This document shows, one piece after another, positions 32,503 to 44,246 of a stretch of DNA of 64,000 bases (position 1 is its first letter; each line of letters begins with the position of its first letter). The translations under genes were made by a program, and so were the position numbers. The stretch is taken from the NCBI GenBank assembly GCA_043779795.1, contig JAYWDO010000007.1:18157-82156 (forward strand), in the 5' to 3' direction. Below the pieces are notes generated by a model that ran no database searches, was not told the DNA's origin, and saw only the letters and a list, made by a program, of their open reading frames with translations. This stretch comes from Pseudomonadota bacterium. GTDB taxonomy: Bacteria > Pseudomonadota > Gammaproteobacteria > Burkholderiales > Methylophilaceae.

Positions 32503-33324
32503 TTATGTCTGTTTTTTAATGTCGCCGTGTTTAATGTCACCGCGCTTAATGTCACTAGGTTTAACATCACTAGCTTTCGTGTTACTTGGCTTTATACTTT
32601 TAGATTCAACATCATTTTTCTTAGTTGCCTCTGCTGGTTTACGCACCGCGAATCCATTGGGGTAGCGCAAATCCGCATAAGCTATTTTTTTATTTAATCC
32701 TGACATTGTGGTGCTATATACATTGGAAAATTTCTCCAATCTTGCTTGCATCTCAACACGGCCGAGCTCAACTACCATGCCATTTTGCGTGGTGATTTTC
32801 CATGCACGCCGCGGTGTTAGCGTTAGATTGGCAATCTCCAAATTAGCCACTTTTAACACTTTACTAAACTCACCATATTGCGAAGCAATTTCTATTACGC
32901 CATCACCTGGGCCATAAAATACCGGCAAATCACTGCCAGAAGCGGCATGAAACAGTTCACCATGTGTATCAACCAGTGCAATGCTGCCCCAACGTGCTAA
33001 TTCTTGATGCTCTTCAATCACCACCTCCAATTTATCAGGCCAACGACGACGTAAACTCACGTTGCGTGCCCAAGGCAATTTTTCAAATGCATCACGTGCT
33101 TTAACTAAATCTAATGTAAAAAAGTTACCTTTTAGATGTTTATCTACAATAAGCTTGATCTGTTCACGGCTTACATGACTCAACTGACCATCCACCTTCA
33201 CTTCTCGCAACGGAAATATCGGCAAATGCACCACAGCATATAAAGCCGCGTATAGCATCACCACCACACTCATTGCAAACAAGAGGCTGGCTATCCAATT
33301 GAGTAATGTAGGTTTATCCCACAT
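32503..33324 (-). CDS. ftsQ: Cell division protein FtsQ with a repetitive C-terminal tail
   Basis: TM + POTRA ([15 protein letters not shown]), [12 protein letters not shown]. Confidence 0.95.
   Translation of the reverse strand: MWDKPTLLNWIASLLFAMSVVVMLYAALYAVVHLPIFPLREVKVDGQLSHVSREQIKLIVDKHLKGNFFTLDLVKARDAFEKLPWARNVSLRRRWPDKLEVVIEEHQELARWGSIALVDTHGELFHAASGSDLPVFYGPGDGVIEIASQYGEFSKVLKVANLEIANLTLTPRRAWKITTQNGMVVELGRVEMQARLEKFSNVYSTTMSGLNKKIAYADLRYPNGFAVRKPAEATKKNDVESKSIKPSNTKASDVKPSDIKRGDIKHGDIKKQT
32515..32589 (-). repeat. Five degenerate 15-bp in-frame tandem repeats in the ftsQ tail
   Basis: [25 protein letters not shown]; + strand units tttaatgtcgccgtg, tttaatgtcaccgcg, cttaatgtcactagg, tttaacatcactagc, tttcgtgttacttgg. 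Confidence 0.85.
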
Positions 33325-34267
33325 CTGCCAACTCCAAAATGTGCACGACTAATTCCTCAAAACTAATACCAGCCGCCTTTGCTGCCATCGGCACTAAACT
33401 GTGATCAGTCATGCCTGGGCTGGTATTGATTTCTAAAAAGTAATGATTGCCCACACTATCCATCAAAAAATCTACGCGTCCCCAACCCCTGCAACCAATT
33501 GCTCTAAATGCAAGTAAAGCCTCTTGTTGAATCTGCGCTTCTTTCTCTGCACTTAATCCACATGGGCATAAGTATTCAGTATCGTTACGTAAATACTTCG
33601 CTTCAAAGTCGTAAAATTCATTTTTTGGCACAATACGGATAATTGGCAAAGCCCTGAAGCCACACTTACCATCATCTTTGCCATAGCCAATAATGCCAAC
33701 CGTATATTCACCGCCATCTACAAATTTTTCAGCAATAACCAATGGGTCTGCTTCTGCAGCAATTTTATATGCAGCCTCTAAACCACCAAATGCTTTGACC
33801 TTACTAATACCAATACTTGAACCTTCGTTTGCTGGCTTCACAAACAACGGTAAGCCTAATTTCGCTTCAATTGCGGCAAAGTCACTGTTTGCTGTGACTA
33901 ATTCAAAATCTGGTGTCACCACATTGGATGCGCGCCAAAGTAATTTTGTACGCCATTTATCCATGCCAATAGCTGAGGCCATGACGCCGCTACCTGTATA
34001 AGGTATATGTAGCATTTCGAGCGCGCCTTGTATGCAGCCATCTTCACCGAAACGTCCGTGCAAATTTATAAAGACCCGATCGAAAGCCTCCAAGTCATGT
34101 AAAGGCTTGCCGCGTGGATCAAAAGCATGTGCATCTATGCCCTGCGCTTGTAAGGCGGCCAGAACCGCCGCACCACTTTTGAGTGACACTTCACGCTCAC
34201 CTGATTCTCCACCGAGCAATACGGCAACTTTTCCAAACTTCTGATTCATTTCTACGCTCTTATCCAT
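33314..34267 (-). CDS. ddl: D-alanine--D-alanine ligase
   Basis: [42 protein letters not shown]; alternative start 34249. Confidence 0.97.
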   Translation of the reverse strand: MDKSVEMNQKFGKVAVLLGGESGEREVSLKSGAAVLAALQAQGIDAHAFDPRGKPLHDLEAFDRVFINLHGRFGEDGCIQGALEMLHIPYTGSGVMASAIGMDKWRTKLLWRASNVVTPDFELVTANSDFAAIEAKLGLPLFVKPANEGSSIGISKVKAFGGLEAAYKIAAEADPLVIAEKFVDGGEYTVGIIGYGKDDGKCGFRALPIIRIVPKNEFYDFEAKYLRNDTEYLCPCGLSAEKEAQIQQEALLAFRAIGCRGWGRVDFLMDSVGNHYFLEINTSPGMTDHSLVPMAAKAAGISFEELVVHILELADVG

Positions 34268-34283
34268 TTTTTATCCAAGCCAA

Positions 34284-35180
34284 TCAAAACTCATATTTCC
34301 CAATGACTTTGACTTCCTGTTGCAAGGCAACGCCGTGTTGTTCCAGCACAGTTTCGCGCATGTGTTTAATCAGCAACTCAATATCTAAAGCGTTTGCTCC
34401 CCCGATATTTACAATGAAATTAGCGTGCTTTTCAGACACTTGTGCACCACCGATGATATAGCCTTTCAAACCGCTTGCTTCAAGCAGTCTTGCGGCATAA
34501 TCTCCCGCCGGGTTTCTAAATGTAGATCCCGCACTCGGTAAATTGAGTGGCTGAGAAGCTAAGCGTTGCGCCAATAAATCTTTGATCTTATGCGTAGAAT
34601 CATGCGCATCACCAGCCTTTAAAGCCAGCCAAGCCGCAATAAACCATTCATCAGCCACAGGCATATCAACATGTCGATAACTTGCAATAAATTCAGAAGC
34701 ATCGCGTGTATTCAACTCGCCATGTCGGTTAATGGTAGTCACGCGGCGCACCACACTCCAAGTTTCAGCGCCATAGCAACCTGCATTCATAGCCAGTGCA
34801 CCACCTAGCGTGCCTGGAATACCAACAAAGAATTCACCGCCTTGTTTAGCTTCTTTCGCAGTAAATTTAGCTAGCTTTCCACATGTGACGCCAGCTTCAA
34901 CATACACAAGGTCGCCGTCCATCTTCAACGCTGTCAATACGTTATGCATCAACACCACTGTGCCTCGCACACCACCATCGCGTACTAATAAGTTAGAGCC
35001 TAAGCCAATAAAATAAATAGGCTGAGTTGCATCCAAACTTTTTAAAAACAGACTTAAATCATCCACACCTGCTGGAATATAAAGCTGGTCTGGGGCACCA
35101 CCCACACGCCAACTGGTATAGCGTGCCAACGGCTCATTCAGTAACAGCTTGCCTGCAAAAGGATGTGTGGCTTTACTCAT
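34284..35180 (-). CDS. murB: UDP-N-acetylenolpyruvoylglucosamine reductase
   Basis: [32 protein letters not shown]. Confidence 0.97.
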   Translation of the reverse strand: MSKATHPFAGKLLLNEPLARYTSWRVGGAPDQLYIPAGVDDLSLFLKSLDATQPIYFIGLGSNLLVRDGGVRGTVVLMHNVLTALKMDGDLVYVEAGVTCGKLAKFTAKEAKQGGEFFVGIPGTLGGALAMNAGCYGAETWSVVRRVTTINRHGELNTRDASEFIASYRHVDMPVADEWFIAAWLALKAGDAHDSTHKIKDLLAQRLASQPLNLPSAGSTFRNPAGDYAARLLEASGLKGYIIGGAQVSEKHANFIVNIGGANALDIELLIKHMRETVLEQHGVALQQEVKVIGKYEF

Positions 35181-36619
35181 CTTTTTTTCGGCTGCTCAAT
35201 CGCTGACAATTGAACTGACAATGCTTTTGTTTTTTCTGCCACGTGCCCAATTGAACCAGCACCCATTACAATCACGACATCATTCGCTTTCACTATATTT
35301 AAAATAGCTTCTGGCAACGCGTCTGTTGTTTCTACAAACAGCGGCTCAACCTTACCTGCTACGCGAATAGAACGAATAAGTGAGCGTGTATCAGCTGCAA
35401 TAATTGGTGCTTCGCCTGCTGAATATACTTCAGTCAGCAAAACTGCATCTGCGCTGGATAACACGCGGACAAAGTCTTCAAAACAATCACGCGTGCGTGT
35501 ATAACGGTGCGGTTGAAACGCCATGACTAAGCGACGATTTGGGAAAGCAGCACGTGCCGCGGCAATTACCGCCTGCATTTCCACAGGATGATGCCCGTAG
35601 TCATCAATCAGCGTAAAAGTACCCTCAAGGTTGCCGTTGATAGATCTGGCTTTAATTTCTCCATAACGCTCAAAGCGTCGGCCTACGCCTTTGAATTCTT
35701 TTAAGGCTTTGATAATCGCAACATCTGGCACATTGAGTTCACTCGCAATCGCAATCGCAGCTAGCGCATTCAATACATAATGGTTGCCGGGCAAATTCAA
35801 GGTGACATCAAACTCGGTTGTCAGGCCATTGATTCTTTGCACTGTAAAGTGCATTTTTCCATCATCCGCGCGTACATTAACCGCTCTAACACGCGCATCT
35901 TCACTAAAACCATAAGTCATCACAGGCTTAGTCACGCGTGGCAGAATTTCGCGAATATTGGCGTCATCTATGCACACCACTGCCATGCCCCAAAATGGCA
36001 ATTGTTGTAAAAATTCTACAAATGCGCTTTTGAGCTTGTCAAAACTATGCTCATAGGTATCCATGTGATCTTGGTCGATATTCGTGACCACCGCCATCAC
36101 TGGCGTTAGATGCAAGAATGAAGCATCTGACTCATCTGCCTCGGCAACAATATACTCACCTGTACCAAGCTTGGCGTTTGCATTGGCTGCTTCTAGCTTC
36201 CCGCCAATCACAAAGGTTGGATCCATACCAGCTTCAGCCAAAATACTGGCAATCAAACTGGTTGTTGTGGTTTTACCATGCGTACCGGCAACGGCAATTC
36301 CTTGCCTGAAACGCATCAATTCTGCCAACATTAGCGCACGCGGTACCACAGGGATTTTTTTAGCTCTGGCGGCTTTAACTTCTGGATTTTCTTCATTCAC
36401 CGCACTTGAAACCACAACCACATCCGCATCGCCCAAGTTTTCAGCAGCATGGCCTTGGTACACAGTTGCACCAAAGCAAGTTAAGCGCTGAGTAGTAGCA
36501 TTTACCGCCAGATCAGAACCCGTAACGGTGAAATCTAAGTTAATCAACACTTCAGCAATGCCGCTCATGCCAGAGCCGCCGATGCCGACAAAATGTATAT
36601 TCTTTACTTTATGTTTCAT
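35177..36619 (-). CDS. murC: UDP-MurNAc--L-alanine ligase
   Basis: [34 protein letters not shown]; start 36619 overlaps the murG stop. Confidence 0.98.
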   Translation of the reverse strand: MKHKVKNIHFVGIGGSGMSGIAEVLINLDFTVTGSDLAVNATTQRLTCFGATVYQGHAAENLGDADVVVVSSAVNEENPEVKAARAKKIPVVPRALMLAELMRFRQGIAVAGTHGKTTTTSLIASILAEAGMDPTFVIGGKLEAANANAKLGTGEYIVAEADESDASFLHLTPVMAVVTNIDQDHMDTYEHSFDKLKSAFVEFLQQLPFWGMAVVCIDDANIREILPRVTKPVMTYGFSEDARVRAVNVRADDGKMHFTVQRINGLTTEFDVTLNLPGNHYVLNALAAIAIASELNVPDVAIIKALKEFKGVGRRFERYGEIKARSINGNLEGTFTLIDDYGHHPVEMQAVIAAARAAFPNRRLVMAFQPHRYTRTRDCFEDFVRVLSSADAVLLTEVYSAGEAPIIAADTRSLIRSIRVAGKVEPLFVETTDALPEAILNIVKANDVVIVMGAGSIGHVAEKTKALSVQLSAIEQPKKR

Positions 36620-37680
36620 GATGCTAGCTCCATACATACTTTGGCAACGTCGGCAGTTGCTTGTGGCTTACCCAATGCGCGCGCTTTTATAGCCATGCTT
36701 AAACATTGTTCGCGTGTTAAGCCTTGCAACAACGCCACTACTTTTGCTACTGTAAATTCAGCTTGCGGAATTAATAGCGCAGCGCCTGCATTTGATAAAT
36801 AACGGGCATTTGACGTTTGATGATCGTCTACAGCGTGAGGGAAAGGCACTAATACACTGGCCACACCAACGGCTGAAACTTCCGCCACTGTTAATGCGCC
36901 TGCACGACAAATAACAATATCAGCCCAGCTATAAATAGCCGCCATGTCATCAATAAATGCTTTTGCTTCAGCGCTCACATTGGCGGCTTTATAATTGGCT
37001 TGCAGTACCGCGATATGCTTTTCACCTGCTTGATGCACAACTTGTGGACGATTGTTCACTGCGATCTCAGCCAATGCTTTTGGCAGCACATCATTTAAAG
37101 CTTGAGCGCCTAAGCTGCCACCAACGATAAGTAAACGTAATGGTCCGCTACGTTCCGCTAACCTAATTTCCGGTGATGGGATTTGTGTAATATCTGCCCG
37201 TACAGGGTTGCCGACTAACTTTGCTTTACTACCAAAAGCAGCTGGGAAAGCGGCTAATACTTTTTTTGCAAAATGCGCTAAGGTTTTATTGGTTAAGCCA
37301 GCCACTGAGTTTTGTTCATGAATCACCAGCGGCCTACGTAATAACCAAGCCATTAAACCACCCGGAAACGCAGCAAAACCGCCCATACCCAACACAAGGT
37401 CAGGTTGAGATTTTGCAATCGCTTGGTATGATTGCATTAGCGCAACAGCCAATTTAACAGGTAGCAACAACCAGCTCATTAAACCTTTACCGCGTACACC
37501 GTGCATAGTGATCATGGCTTTTTGATAGCCTTTATGTGCTATCAAACGGTTTTCCATACCGCCTTCGGTGCATAGCCAAACAATATTCCAACCCTGAGCT
37601 TTTAGATAATCAGCCACCGCCATCGCTGGATATACATGGCCGCCAGTGCCGCCTGCCATAATCATGAGTGTTTTACTCAT
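36616..37680 (-). CDS. murG: Lipid II GlcNAc transferase
   Basis: [30 protein letters not shown]. Confidence 0.98.
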   Translation of the reverse strand: MSKTLMIMAGGTGGHVYPAMAVADYLKAQGWNIVWLCTEGGMENRLIAHKGYQKAMITMHGVRGKGLMSWLLLPVKLAVALMQSYQAIAKSQPDLVLGMGGFAAFPGGLMAWLLRRPLVIHEQNSVAGLTNKTLAHFAKKVLAAFPAAFGSKAKLVGNPVRADITQIPSPEIRLAERSGPLRLLIVGGSLGAQALNDVLPKALAEIAVNNRPQVVHQAGEKHIAVLQANYKAANVSAEAKAFIDDMAAIYSWADIVICRAGALTVAEVSAVGVASVLVPFPHAVDDHQTSNARYLSNAGAALLIPQAEFTVAKVVALLQGLTREQCLSMAIKARALGKPQATADVAKVCMELAS

Positions 37681-38840
37681 GATGGCAATCCTTTTTGCAA
37701 TCGACGGTTCTCAAAATCGATCCTGAGTACAATGGCCATCGCAATACAGTTAGCTAGAATACCACTGCCACCAAATGATAAAAAAGGCAGGGTCAAGCCC
37801 TTAGTTGGCAATAAGCCCATATTCACACCCATATTGATTATGCCTTGCACGCCTATCCAAACACCCAAACCTTGTGAAAGCAGGGCTGCAAAATAACGCT
37901 CATTGGCAATTGCTTCTTTAGCAATGCAAAATGAGCGAATCACTATCCATACAAATAAGCCAACAACCGCTAATACACCTGCAAAGCCTAATTCTTCTGC
38001 GATTACGGCTAATAAAAAGTCAGTGTGCGCTTCTGGTAGATACAATAATTTTTCTACACTAGCGCCTAAACCCACACCAAACCACTCACCACGACCAAAC
38101 GCAATAAGCGCATGTGAAAGCTGATAGCCTTTTCCGTATGGATCAGCCCATGGATCCATAAAACCAATCACGCGCTCTAGCCGATAAGGTGAACTCCAAA
38201 TCAAAAACACAAACCCGACAACCAGCAGCACTATCAAACCAGCAAAAATACGGCCGTTAATGCCGCCTAACCATAAAATAGAGATAGAAATAGCGGCAAT
38301 CACAGCAAATGCGCCAAAGTCTGGCTCACGCAATAACAAGCCACCTACCATGAGCATCACCGTGAGCATAGGTAAAAAACCTTTTCTAAAGCTATCCATC
38401 ACCGCAGCTTTGCGTACGCTGTAATCAGCTACATACATCGCGGCAAATAGCTTCATAAATTCTGAGGGTTGGGGGTTAACTACAAACAATCTTAACCAGC
38501 GACGGCTACCGCCTGCTTTAAGGCCAATACCGGGAATAAGCACCAATACTAACAATGCCAAGCCCAGCAAAAATAGATAAGGTGCCATTTTTTGCCACCA
38601 GGCAATGGGTACATTGAATGCCATGAATGCAGCAATTAGACTAACCAGCATAAATACGGTTTGATGTACTAGGTAATAACTACTGTTATGCCCAACGCCT
38701 TTGTCTGCTTCGGCAATTGCAATTGAGGCTGAATAGACCATGACCAAGCCTATGCCGAGTAAGCACAATACGGTCCACAGCAAGCTTTGGTCGTAAGTTG
38801 GCGAGTTGATGCGATCTCGATTTAACATGGCGGCAATCAT
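37677..38840 (-). CDS. ftsW: SEDS peptidoglycan polymerase FtsW
   Basis: [30 protein letters not shown]. Confidence 0.97.
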   Translation of the reverse strand: MIAAMLNRDRINSPTYDQSLLWTVLCLLGIGLVMVYSASIAIAEADKGVGHNSSYYLVHQTVFMLVSLIAAFMAFNVPIAWWQKMAPYLFLLGLALLVLVLIPGIGLKAGGSRRWLRLFVVNPQPSEFMKLFAAMYVADYSVRKAAVMDSFRKGFLPMLTVMLMVGGLLLREPDFGAFAVIAAISISILWLGGINGRIFAGLIVLLVVGFVFLIWSSPYRLERVIGFMDPWADPYGKGYQLSHALIAFGRGEWFGVGLGASVEKLLYLPEAHTDFLLAVIAEELGFAGVLAVVGLFVWIVIRSFCIAKEAIANERYFAALLSQGLGVWIGVQGIINMGVNMGLLPTKGLTLPFLSFGGSGILANCIAMAIVLRIDFENRRLQKGLPS

Positions 38841-40237
38841 TTGGTCTCCTTTAACCTAGAAACCGCACTAACAAATACTTCCGCACGATGCACATAGCTT
38901 TTGAACATATCAAAACTCGCGCAGGCTGGTGATAGCAATATTGCATCGCCTGTTTGGGCAAGTTTTTGAGCAATATTGACCGCTTCAGGTAAATCAATCG
39001 CTAGGTATAAAGGCACGTTAGTTTTTAACAATGCTGCTTCAATCAATGGTGCATCACGGCCGATTAACACTACCGCACGCGTGTTTTCCACCACAGCATC
39101 CGCTAGTGGTGAAAAATCCTGACCTTTGCCTTCGCCACCCGCAATCAACACCAATTTTTGCGGAAAACCATCTTTATATAAACCTGCAATTGCTGCGCAT
39201 GTTGCGCCTACGTTAGTGCCTTTTGAGTCGTCATAATAATCAACATCATCAATATTAGCGACCCACTCCACACGATGCGGCAAACCTTTAAAGTTATAAA
39301 GCGCTTGAATAATGTGTGCGTAGTCAACACCAATAGCGCGGCACAACGCAACAGCAGCAAGTGCATTAGCTGCGTTATGCAAACCAACAATTTTAAGGTC
39401 TTGCAAATTAATCAGCTCTTTTTCGTCTTCGCAAAGCCATGTCTCGCCATCTATTTGTTTCAGACCATAAGATATTTCGTTTTCATTATTACTGTCATTA
39501 CTGCCACTAACGCCATCAAATAAACCAAAAGTCACTTGCGCCAACTTTGGACGTGCCATCATCATGCTCCAAGCATCATCGCGGTTAAGCACTTGTAACT
39601 TTGCATTGTAAAAAATGCGTGCTTTTGCAATGGCGTAATCTTGAAAGCTATCGTATCTATCCATGTGGTCTTCAGATAAATTCAGCATAGTGGCTGCATC
39701 CACCTGTAAAGTGCTGGTCGTTTCCAGCTGAAAACTAGACAACTCTAAAACATACACGTCAGGCGTTTCCATACTTAATGTGTCCAGCACAGCCAAACCA
39801 ATATTGCCTGCCACAATGGTTTTTAAGCCTGCCGCTTTACACATTTCACCAACCAAAGTGGTCACCGTTGTTTTGCCGTTGGCACCAGTAATCGCAATGA
39901 CTTTTGTGCTGCTTGGACGATATTGCGCGAACAGCTCAACATCGCCGACAACGCTAACGCCACGCTTAATTGCGGCTTGAATTTCAGGTTCACTTAAGGC
40001 TACGCCTGGACTTACCACGATTAAATCTACTTCGCTAAACATAGCGGCAGTAAAACCGCCTGTATACATTTTCACCTGCGGTAACTCTGTTTTCAACACG
40101 TCAATGCCTGGCGGCGTTTCGCGAGTATCAGCCGCAGACAAACGTGCGCCCTGCATGTTTAGCCAACGCAAGGTCGAGCCCCCCGTTTCACCAAGGCCTA
40201 GCACTAATACTTTTTTGTCTTTTAACGCAATTCTCAT
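38837..40237 (-). CDS. murD: UDP-MurNAc-L-Ala--D-Glu ligase
   Basis: [33 protein letters not shown]; start 40237 (MRIALK), because the ORF-track start lies inside mraY. Confidence 0.97.
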   Translation of the reverse strand: MRIALKDKKVLVLGLGETGGSTLRWLNMQGARLSAADTRETPPGIDVLKTELPQVKMYTGGFTAAMFSEVDLIVVSPGVALSEPEIQAAIKRGVSVVGDVELFAQYRPSSTKVIAITGANGKTTVTTLVGEMCKAAGLKTIVAGNIGLAVLDTLSMETPDVYVLELSSFQLETTSTLQVDAATMLNLSEDHMDRYDSFQDYAIAKARIFYNAKLQVLNRDDAWSMMMARPKLAQVTFGLFDGVSGSNDSNNENEISYGLKQIDGETWLCEDEKELINLQDLKIVGLHNAANALAAVALCRAIGVDYAHIIQALYNFKGLPHRVEWVANIDDVDYYDDSKGTNVGATCAAIAGLYKDGFPQKLVLIAGGEGKGQDFSPLADAVVENTRAVVLIGRDAPLIEAALLKTNVPLYLAIDLPEAVNIAQKLAQTGDAILLSPACASFDMFKSYVHRAEVFVSAVSRLKETK

Positions 40238-40254
40238 TTTTATCGTTGACTCAA

Positions 40255-41358
40255 TTACCTTAGTTTCAAACTGGCCAAACCAATCAATACCAGTATCATG
40301 CTGATGATCCAAAAACGCACGACCACCTGTGTTTCTTTCCAACCTTTTTCTTCATAGTGATGATGTAATGGCGCCATTAAGAAAATACGGCGCCCCACTC
40401 CATATTTTTTCTTCGTGTATTTGAAATACATGACTTGCACCGCCACAGAGAAAGTCTCCACTACAAACACGCCGCCCATAATAAATAAGATGATTTCTTG
40501 ACGCACGATTACGGCAACTATACCTAGCGCAGCACCTAACGCCAGCGCTCCTACATCCCCCATAAACACTTCGGCCGGGTATGCGTTAAACCATAAAAAT
40601 CCTAAGCCCGCGCCAGCCATGGCGGCACAAAACACCATTAGCTCGCCAGCACCAGCCACATAAGGCACACCTAAATATCTTGAGAAATACAAATGTCCCG
40701 CTACGTAAGCAAAAATACCCAAAGCACCAGCGGCCATTACCGTTGGCAAAATGGCTAAACCGTCCAGCCCATCAGTTAAGTTCACGGCATTGCTGCTACC
40801 TACTACCACCAAATACGTCAGAAACATAAATCCAACTGCACTCAATGGCAGTACAAGGTGCTTAAAGAAAGGCACAATCAGCGTTGTTTCTACAGGACTT
40901 GTATGAGTTTTGTATAAGAAAACAGCCACAGCTATACCGATTAGACTTTGCCAAAAAAACTTAGCTTTAGCAGAGAGGCCTTTAGGATTTTTATGCACGA
41001 CTTTGCGGTAATCATCTACCCAGCCTACTGCACCAAAACCAATTGTGGTAGCTAATACCACCCATACAAAACGGTTACTTAAATCTGCCCATAACAAGGT
41101 TGATATTGTAATAGCGACCAAAATAAGTGCACCACCCATGGTTGGCGTACCGGTTTTAATAAGATGTGTTTGCGGGCCATCATCACGCACGGCTTGTCCG
41201 ACTTTATATTCAGTCAGCTTACGTATCATACTGGGGCCGGCGATGAATGAAATTGCCAAGGCTGTAAGCGTGGCTAGCACCGCGCGCAGCGTAATATAAT
41301 TAAACACATGAAACCCGCGAATATCGTGTGCCAGCCATTGTGCTAATGCTAGTAACAT
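40255..41358 (-). CDS. mraY: Phospho-MurNAc-pentapeptide transferase
   Basis: [34 protein letters not shown]. Confidence 0.98.
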   Translation of the reverse strand: MLLALAQWLAHDIRGFHVFNYITLRAVLATLTALAISFIAGPSMIRKLTEYKVGQAVRDDGPQTHLIKTGTPTMGGALILVAITISTLLWADLSNRFVWVVLATTIGFGAVGWVDDYRKVVHKNPKGLSAKAKFFWQSLIGIAVAVFLYKTHTSPVETTLIVPFFKHLVLPLSAVGFMFLTYLVVVGSSNAVNLTDGLDGLAILPTVMAAGALGIFAYVAGHLYFSRYLGVPYVAGAGELMVFCAAMAGAGLGFLWFNAYPAEVFMGDVGALALGAALGIVAVIVRQEIILFIMGGVFVVETFSVAVQVMYFKYTKKKYGVGRRIFLMAPLHHHYEEKGWKETQVVVRFWIISMILVLIGLASLKLR

Positions 41359-42750
41359 TTAGTGTGCCTCTCCATTTTTTTGATCGCTATTTCTTGCGAC
41401 TGCCTGATTCAATACGATGTCATTCACAACACGCTCCATCGCCATAAAGCGCGAACCTTTTACCAGCACGTTCACATTCGGGTTCATCTTTGCAATTAAG
41501 TCAGCCACTAATGCTTGCGGTGTTTCGTAATGATGTGCGCCTGCACCAAAAGCGCTAGCCATTGTTCTACTTAGTATGCCTAAGGTAAATAATGCATCAA
41601 TACCAGCTGCTTTAGCATACAAACCAATCTCCGCATGCAACTCAGCCTCGTCATCGCCTAATTCACCCATGTCACCCAGCACTAATAATTTCTCGCCTGT
41701 CTTTGCCATTAACACATCAATGGCGACTTTCATCGACATAGGGTTCGCGTTATAAGTATCGTCAATCACTAACGCGCCGTTAACACCAACCAATGGCTGC
41801 AAACGGCCTTTTACTCCTGCATATTTCTCTAAACCAGCGGCAATAATATTAAGCGGCACGTCCATACTTAAAGCCACAGTAGTTGCAGCTAAAGCATTAA
41901 GCACATTGTGTTTACCTGGTGTTGGCAATTGCACGCTCACCGCACCTTGTGGTGTGTTAATTGCAATGGCACTAGCACTGGCTTGCAATTGATACGTCGC
42001 AGTCACATCCGCTTTACTTTCTAAGCCAAAAGTCATTATTTTGTGATTGCCAGCGAGCGCAATCCAAAGTGCTGCAAACGTGTCATCTGCGTTAATCACA
42101 GCGGTGCCATCGGCTGCCAAGCCTTCGAATATCTCGCCTTTGGCTTTGGCAATCGCTTCTAAAGAACCTAATTCACCAATATGTGCGCTGCCTGCATTAT
42201 TGATAAGTACTACTGTTGGCTTACCGATTTGTGATAAATAACTAATCTCACCGGTATGGTTCATGCCCATTTCAACCACCGCGTAACGATGTTGCTTGTT
42301 TAATTTAAGCAAAGTCAGCGGCAGGCCAATGTGGTTATTCAGGTTTCCAACTGTGGCCAACACTTCATCAGCATGGCTGCTAGCCGCTTTTAATATAGAA
42401 GCCAGCATTTCTTTCACGGTGGTTTTGCCATTACTACCGGTGATTGCTACCACTGGAAGATCAAATTTATCCCGCCAATAAGCGGCAAGTTCGCCCAAGG
42501 CTAAGCAAGTGTCATTCACGACAATTGCCGGCTCTACCCCTAATTCCTGATGCGAGACTAATACAGCAGTTGCACCTTGCGCGATAGCCTGTGCTGCAAA
42601 ATCATGGCCATCAAAATGATCACCTTTTAACGCAACAAATAACTGACCTTTAGTAATGTTGCGGCTATCTGTACCTACGCTGGTGAAGGCCGCTTCATTG
42701 CCGACCAATCTAGCTTGCATGGTATTTGCAGCTTCTGAAAGTAGCATCAT
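41359..42750 (-). CDS. murF: UDP-MurNAc-tripeptide--D-Ala-D-Ala ligase
   Basis: TGSNGKTTVK, NNHIGLP, EMGMNH, DDTYNANP, KGSR. Confidence 0.97.
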   Translation of the reverse strand: MMLLSEAANTMQARLVGNEAAFTSVGTDSRNITKGQLFVALKGDHFDGHDFAAQAIAQGATAVLVSHQELGVEPAIVVNDTCLALGELAAYWRDKFDLPVVAITGSNGKTTVKEMLASILKAASSHADEVLATVGNLNNHIGLPLTLLKLNKQHRYAVVEMGMNHTGEISYLSQIGKPTVVLINNAGSAHIGELGSLEAIAKAKGEIFEGLAADGTAVINADDTFAALWIALAGNHKIMTFGLESKADVTATYQLQASASAIAINTPQGAVSVQLPTPGKHNVLNALAATTVALSMDVPLNIIAAGLEKYAGVKGRLQPLVGVNGALVIDDTYNANPMSMKVAIDVLMAKTGEKLLVLGDMGELGDDEAELHAEIGLYAKAAGIDALFTLGILSRTMASAFGAGAHHYETPQALVADLIAKMNPNVNVLVKGSRFMAMERVVNDIVLNQAVARNSDQKNGEAH

Positions 42751-44246
42751 AAAGACACACCTACATCCTTTTTCTGTTGATTTTGCTTAAACGCGCCATT
42801 ATTTACTGCGCGAATATTAAGCGCATTTTGCGCAATTAACACATCATCAAACGGATACTTAATGCCTAATATTTCTTGATAATTCTCGTGACCTTTCCCA
42901 GCTATGAGCACGATATCGCCTTTATTAGCCAACTGAATCGCCCGATTAATAGCTCTTACGCGATCAGCTTCAACCAAGTATTCATCAAGGTTTCCACTAG
43001 TAATGGCTTGAATAATCGCGTTAGCGTCTTCGCTACGAGGATTATCTGAAGTCACAATCACGTTGTCAGCTAACTTGCTGGCAATAGCACCCATCAGCGG
43101 ACGTTTACCTGCATCCCGATCTCCACCGCAGCCAAATACACAAAGCAACTTAGCCTCGCCCTGTAACTGTTCACGCAAGGTGCTTAACACTTTTTCCAAA
43201 GCATCTGGTGTGTGTGCGTAATCCACCACCACTAGCGGCAATTCGCCACCTCCAAATTGCTGCATGCGCCCTACCACTGGCTTGATTTTTCTAATTGCGT
43301 TAATCGCATCGCTTAAAGAAACGTCTATCGCAAGCAAGGTCGCTAATACTGCAAGCACGTTATAAGCGTTAAAGCGGCCTAGCACTGGCGCGGTTAACAG
43401 AGCATCACCCTGTTGCGTTGTCACTTGCATACTCAAACCAGCATCATGCAATTTCAACTCGCTACCACGCACATCGCCAAGTTGCAGGCCATAAGTTGTA
43501 AATGGCTTGCCTTGTTTGCTTAACACACTTACAACAGCTTGCCCAAAGGTATCGTCAGCATTTAATATCGCTATTTTTAAACCATCACATTCAAACAATT
43601 TCTGTTTTGCGTCTGTGTAAGCTTCCATCGTCTGGTGATAATCTAAGTGATCACGACTCAGGTTTGTAAGCACGGCAATATCAAATGCAATACCATTCAC
43701 ACGACCTTGATCTAAACCGTGCGATGAAACCTCCATCACAGCCGCATCAGCTTGTTGTGCTACATAACTAGCCAGCAAGCTTTGTAGCAATATTGCGTCT
43801 GGCGTGGTGTTGCTAGCCTCGGCCAACACACTCGCCTGACTATCCAGCAAGCCATTGCCTATAGTGCCTAATACCGCAGTTTTTTTACCTAGAATCGTTA
43901 GGCATTGTGCAATCCATTGGCTGACAGAGGTCTTACCATTGGTGCCTGTTACACCAATCATGGTCAATTTTTCTGACGGGTGCTGGTAGTATTCAGCCGC
44001 TATCTTACCTACTTGGCTTTTCAAATTAGCCACGGCTAAATTATTTACATTCCAATCGTCTAACCAGGTAAAACCAGTTTTTTCCCAAATAACAGCGCTT
44101 GCTCCTTTTTGAATCGCCTGAGCAATGTAATTACGCCCATCGCTTACTGCGCCTGGGTACGCTAAGAACAATGAGCCCGATTGCACCTGATGGCTATCAG
44201 CGGTGATAGATGTAAATTGTTGATTTAATGCTGAGAGTAAAGTCAT
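42747..44246 (-). CDS. murE: UDP-MurNAc-dipeptide--meso-DAP ligase
   Basis: GTNGKTS, MEVSSH, DYAHTPDAL, DNPR (DAP-specific), GKGHE. Confidence 0.97.
   Translation of the reverse strand: MTLLSALNQQFTSITADSHQVQSGSLFLAYPGAVSDGRNYIAQAIQKGASAVIWEKTGFTWLDDWNVNNLAVANLKSQVGKIAAEYYQHPSEKLTMIGVTGTNGKTSVSQWIAQCLTILGKKTAVLGTIGNGLLDSQASVLAEASNTTPDAILLQSLLASYVAQQADAAVMEVSSHGLDQGRVNGIAFDIAVLTNLSRDHLDYHQTMEAYTDAKQKLFECDGLKIAILNADDTFGQAVVSVLSKQGKPFTTYGLQLGDVRGSELKLHDAGLSMQVTTQQGDALLTAPVLGRFNAYNVLAVLATLLAIDVSLSDAINAIRKIKPVVGRMQQFGGGELPLVVVDYAHTPDALEKVLSTLREQLQGEAKLLCVFGCGGDRDAGKRPLMGAIASKLADNVIVTSDNPRSEDANAIIQAITSGNLDEYLVEADRVRAINRAIQLANKGDIVLIAGKGHENYQEILGIKYPFDDVLIAQNALNIRAVNNGAFKQNQQKKDVGVSL

Noticed and set aside
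32515-32589. Short regular repeats as a CRISPR array
   Set aside because: 15-bp in-frame coding tandem repeats with no spacers and no cas genes
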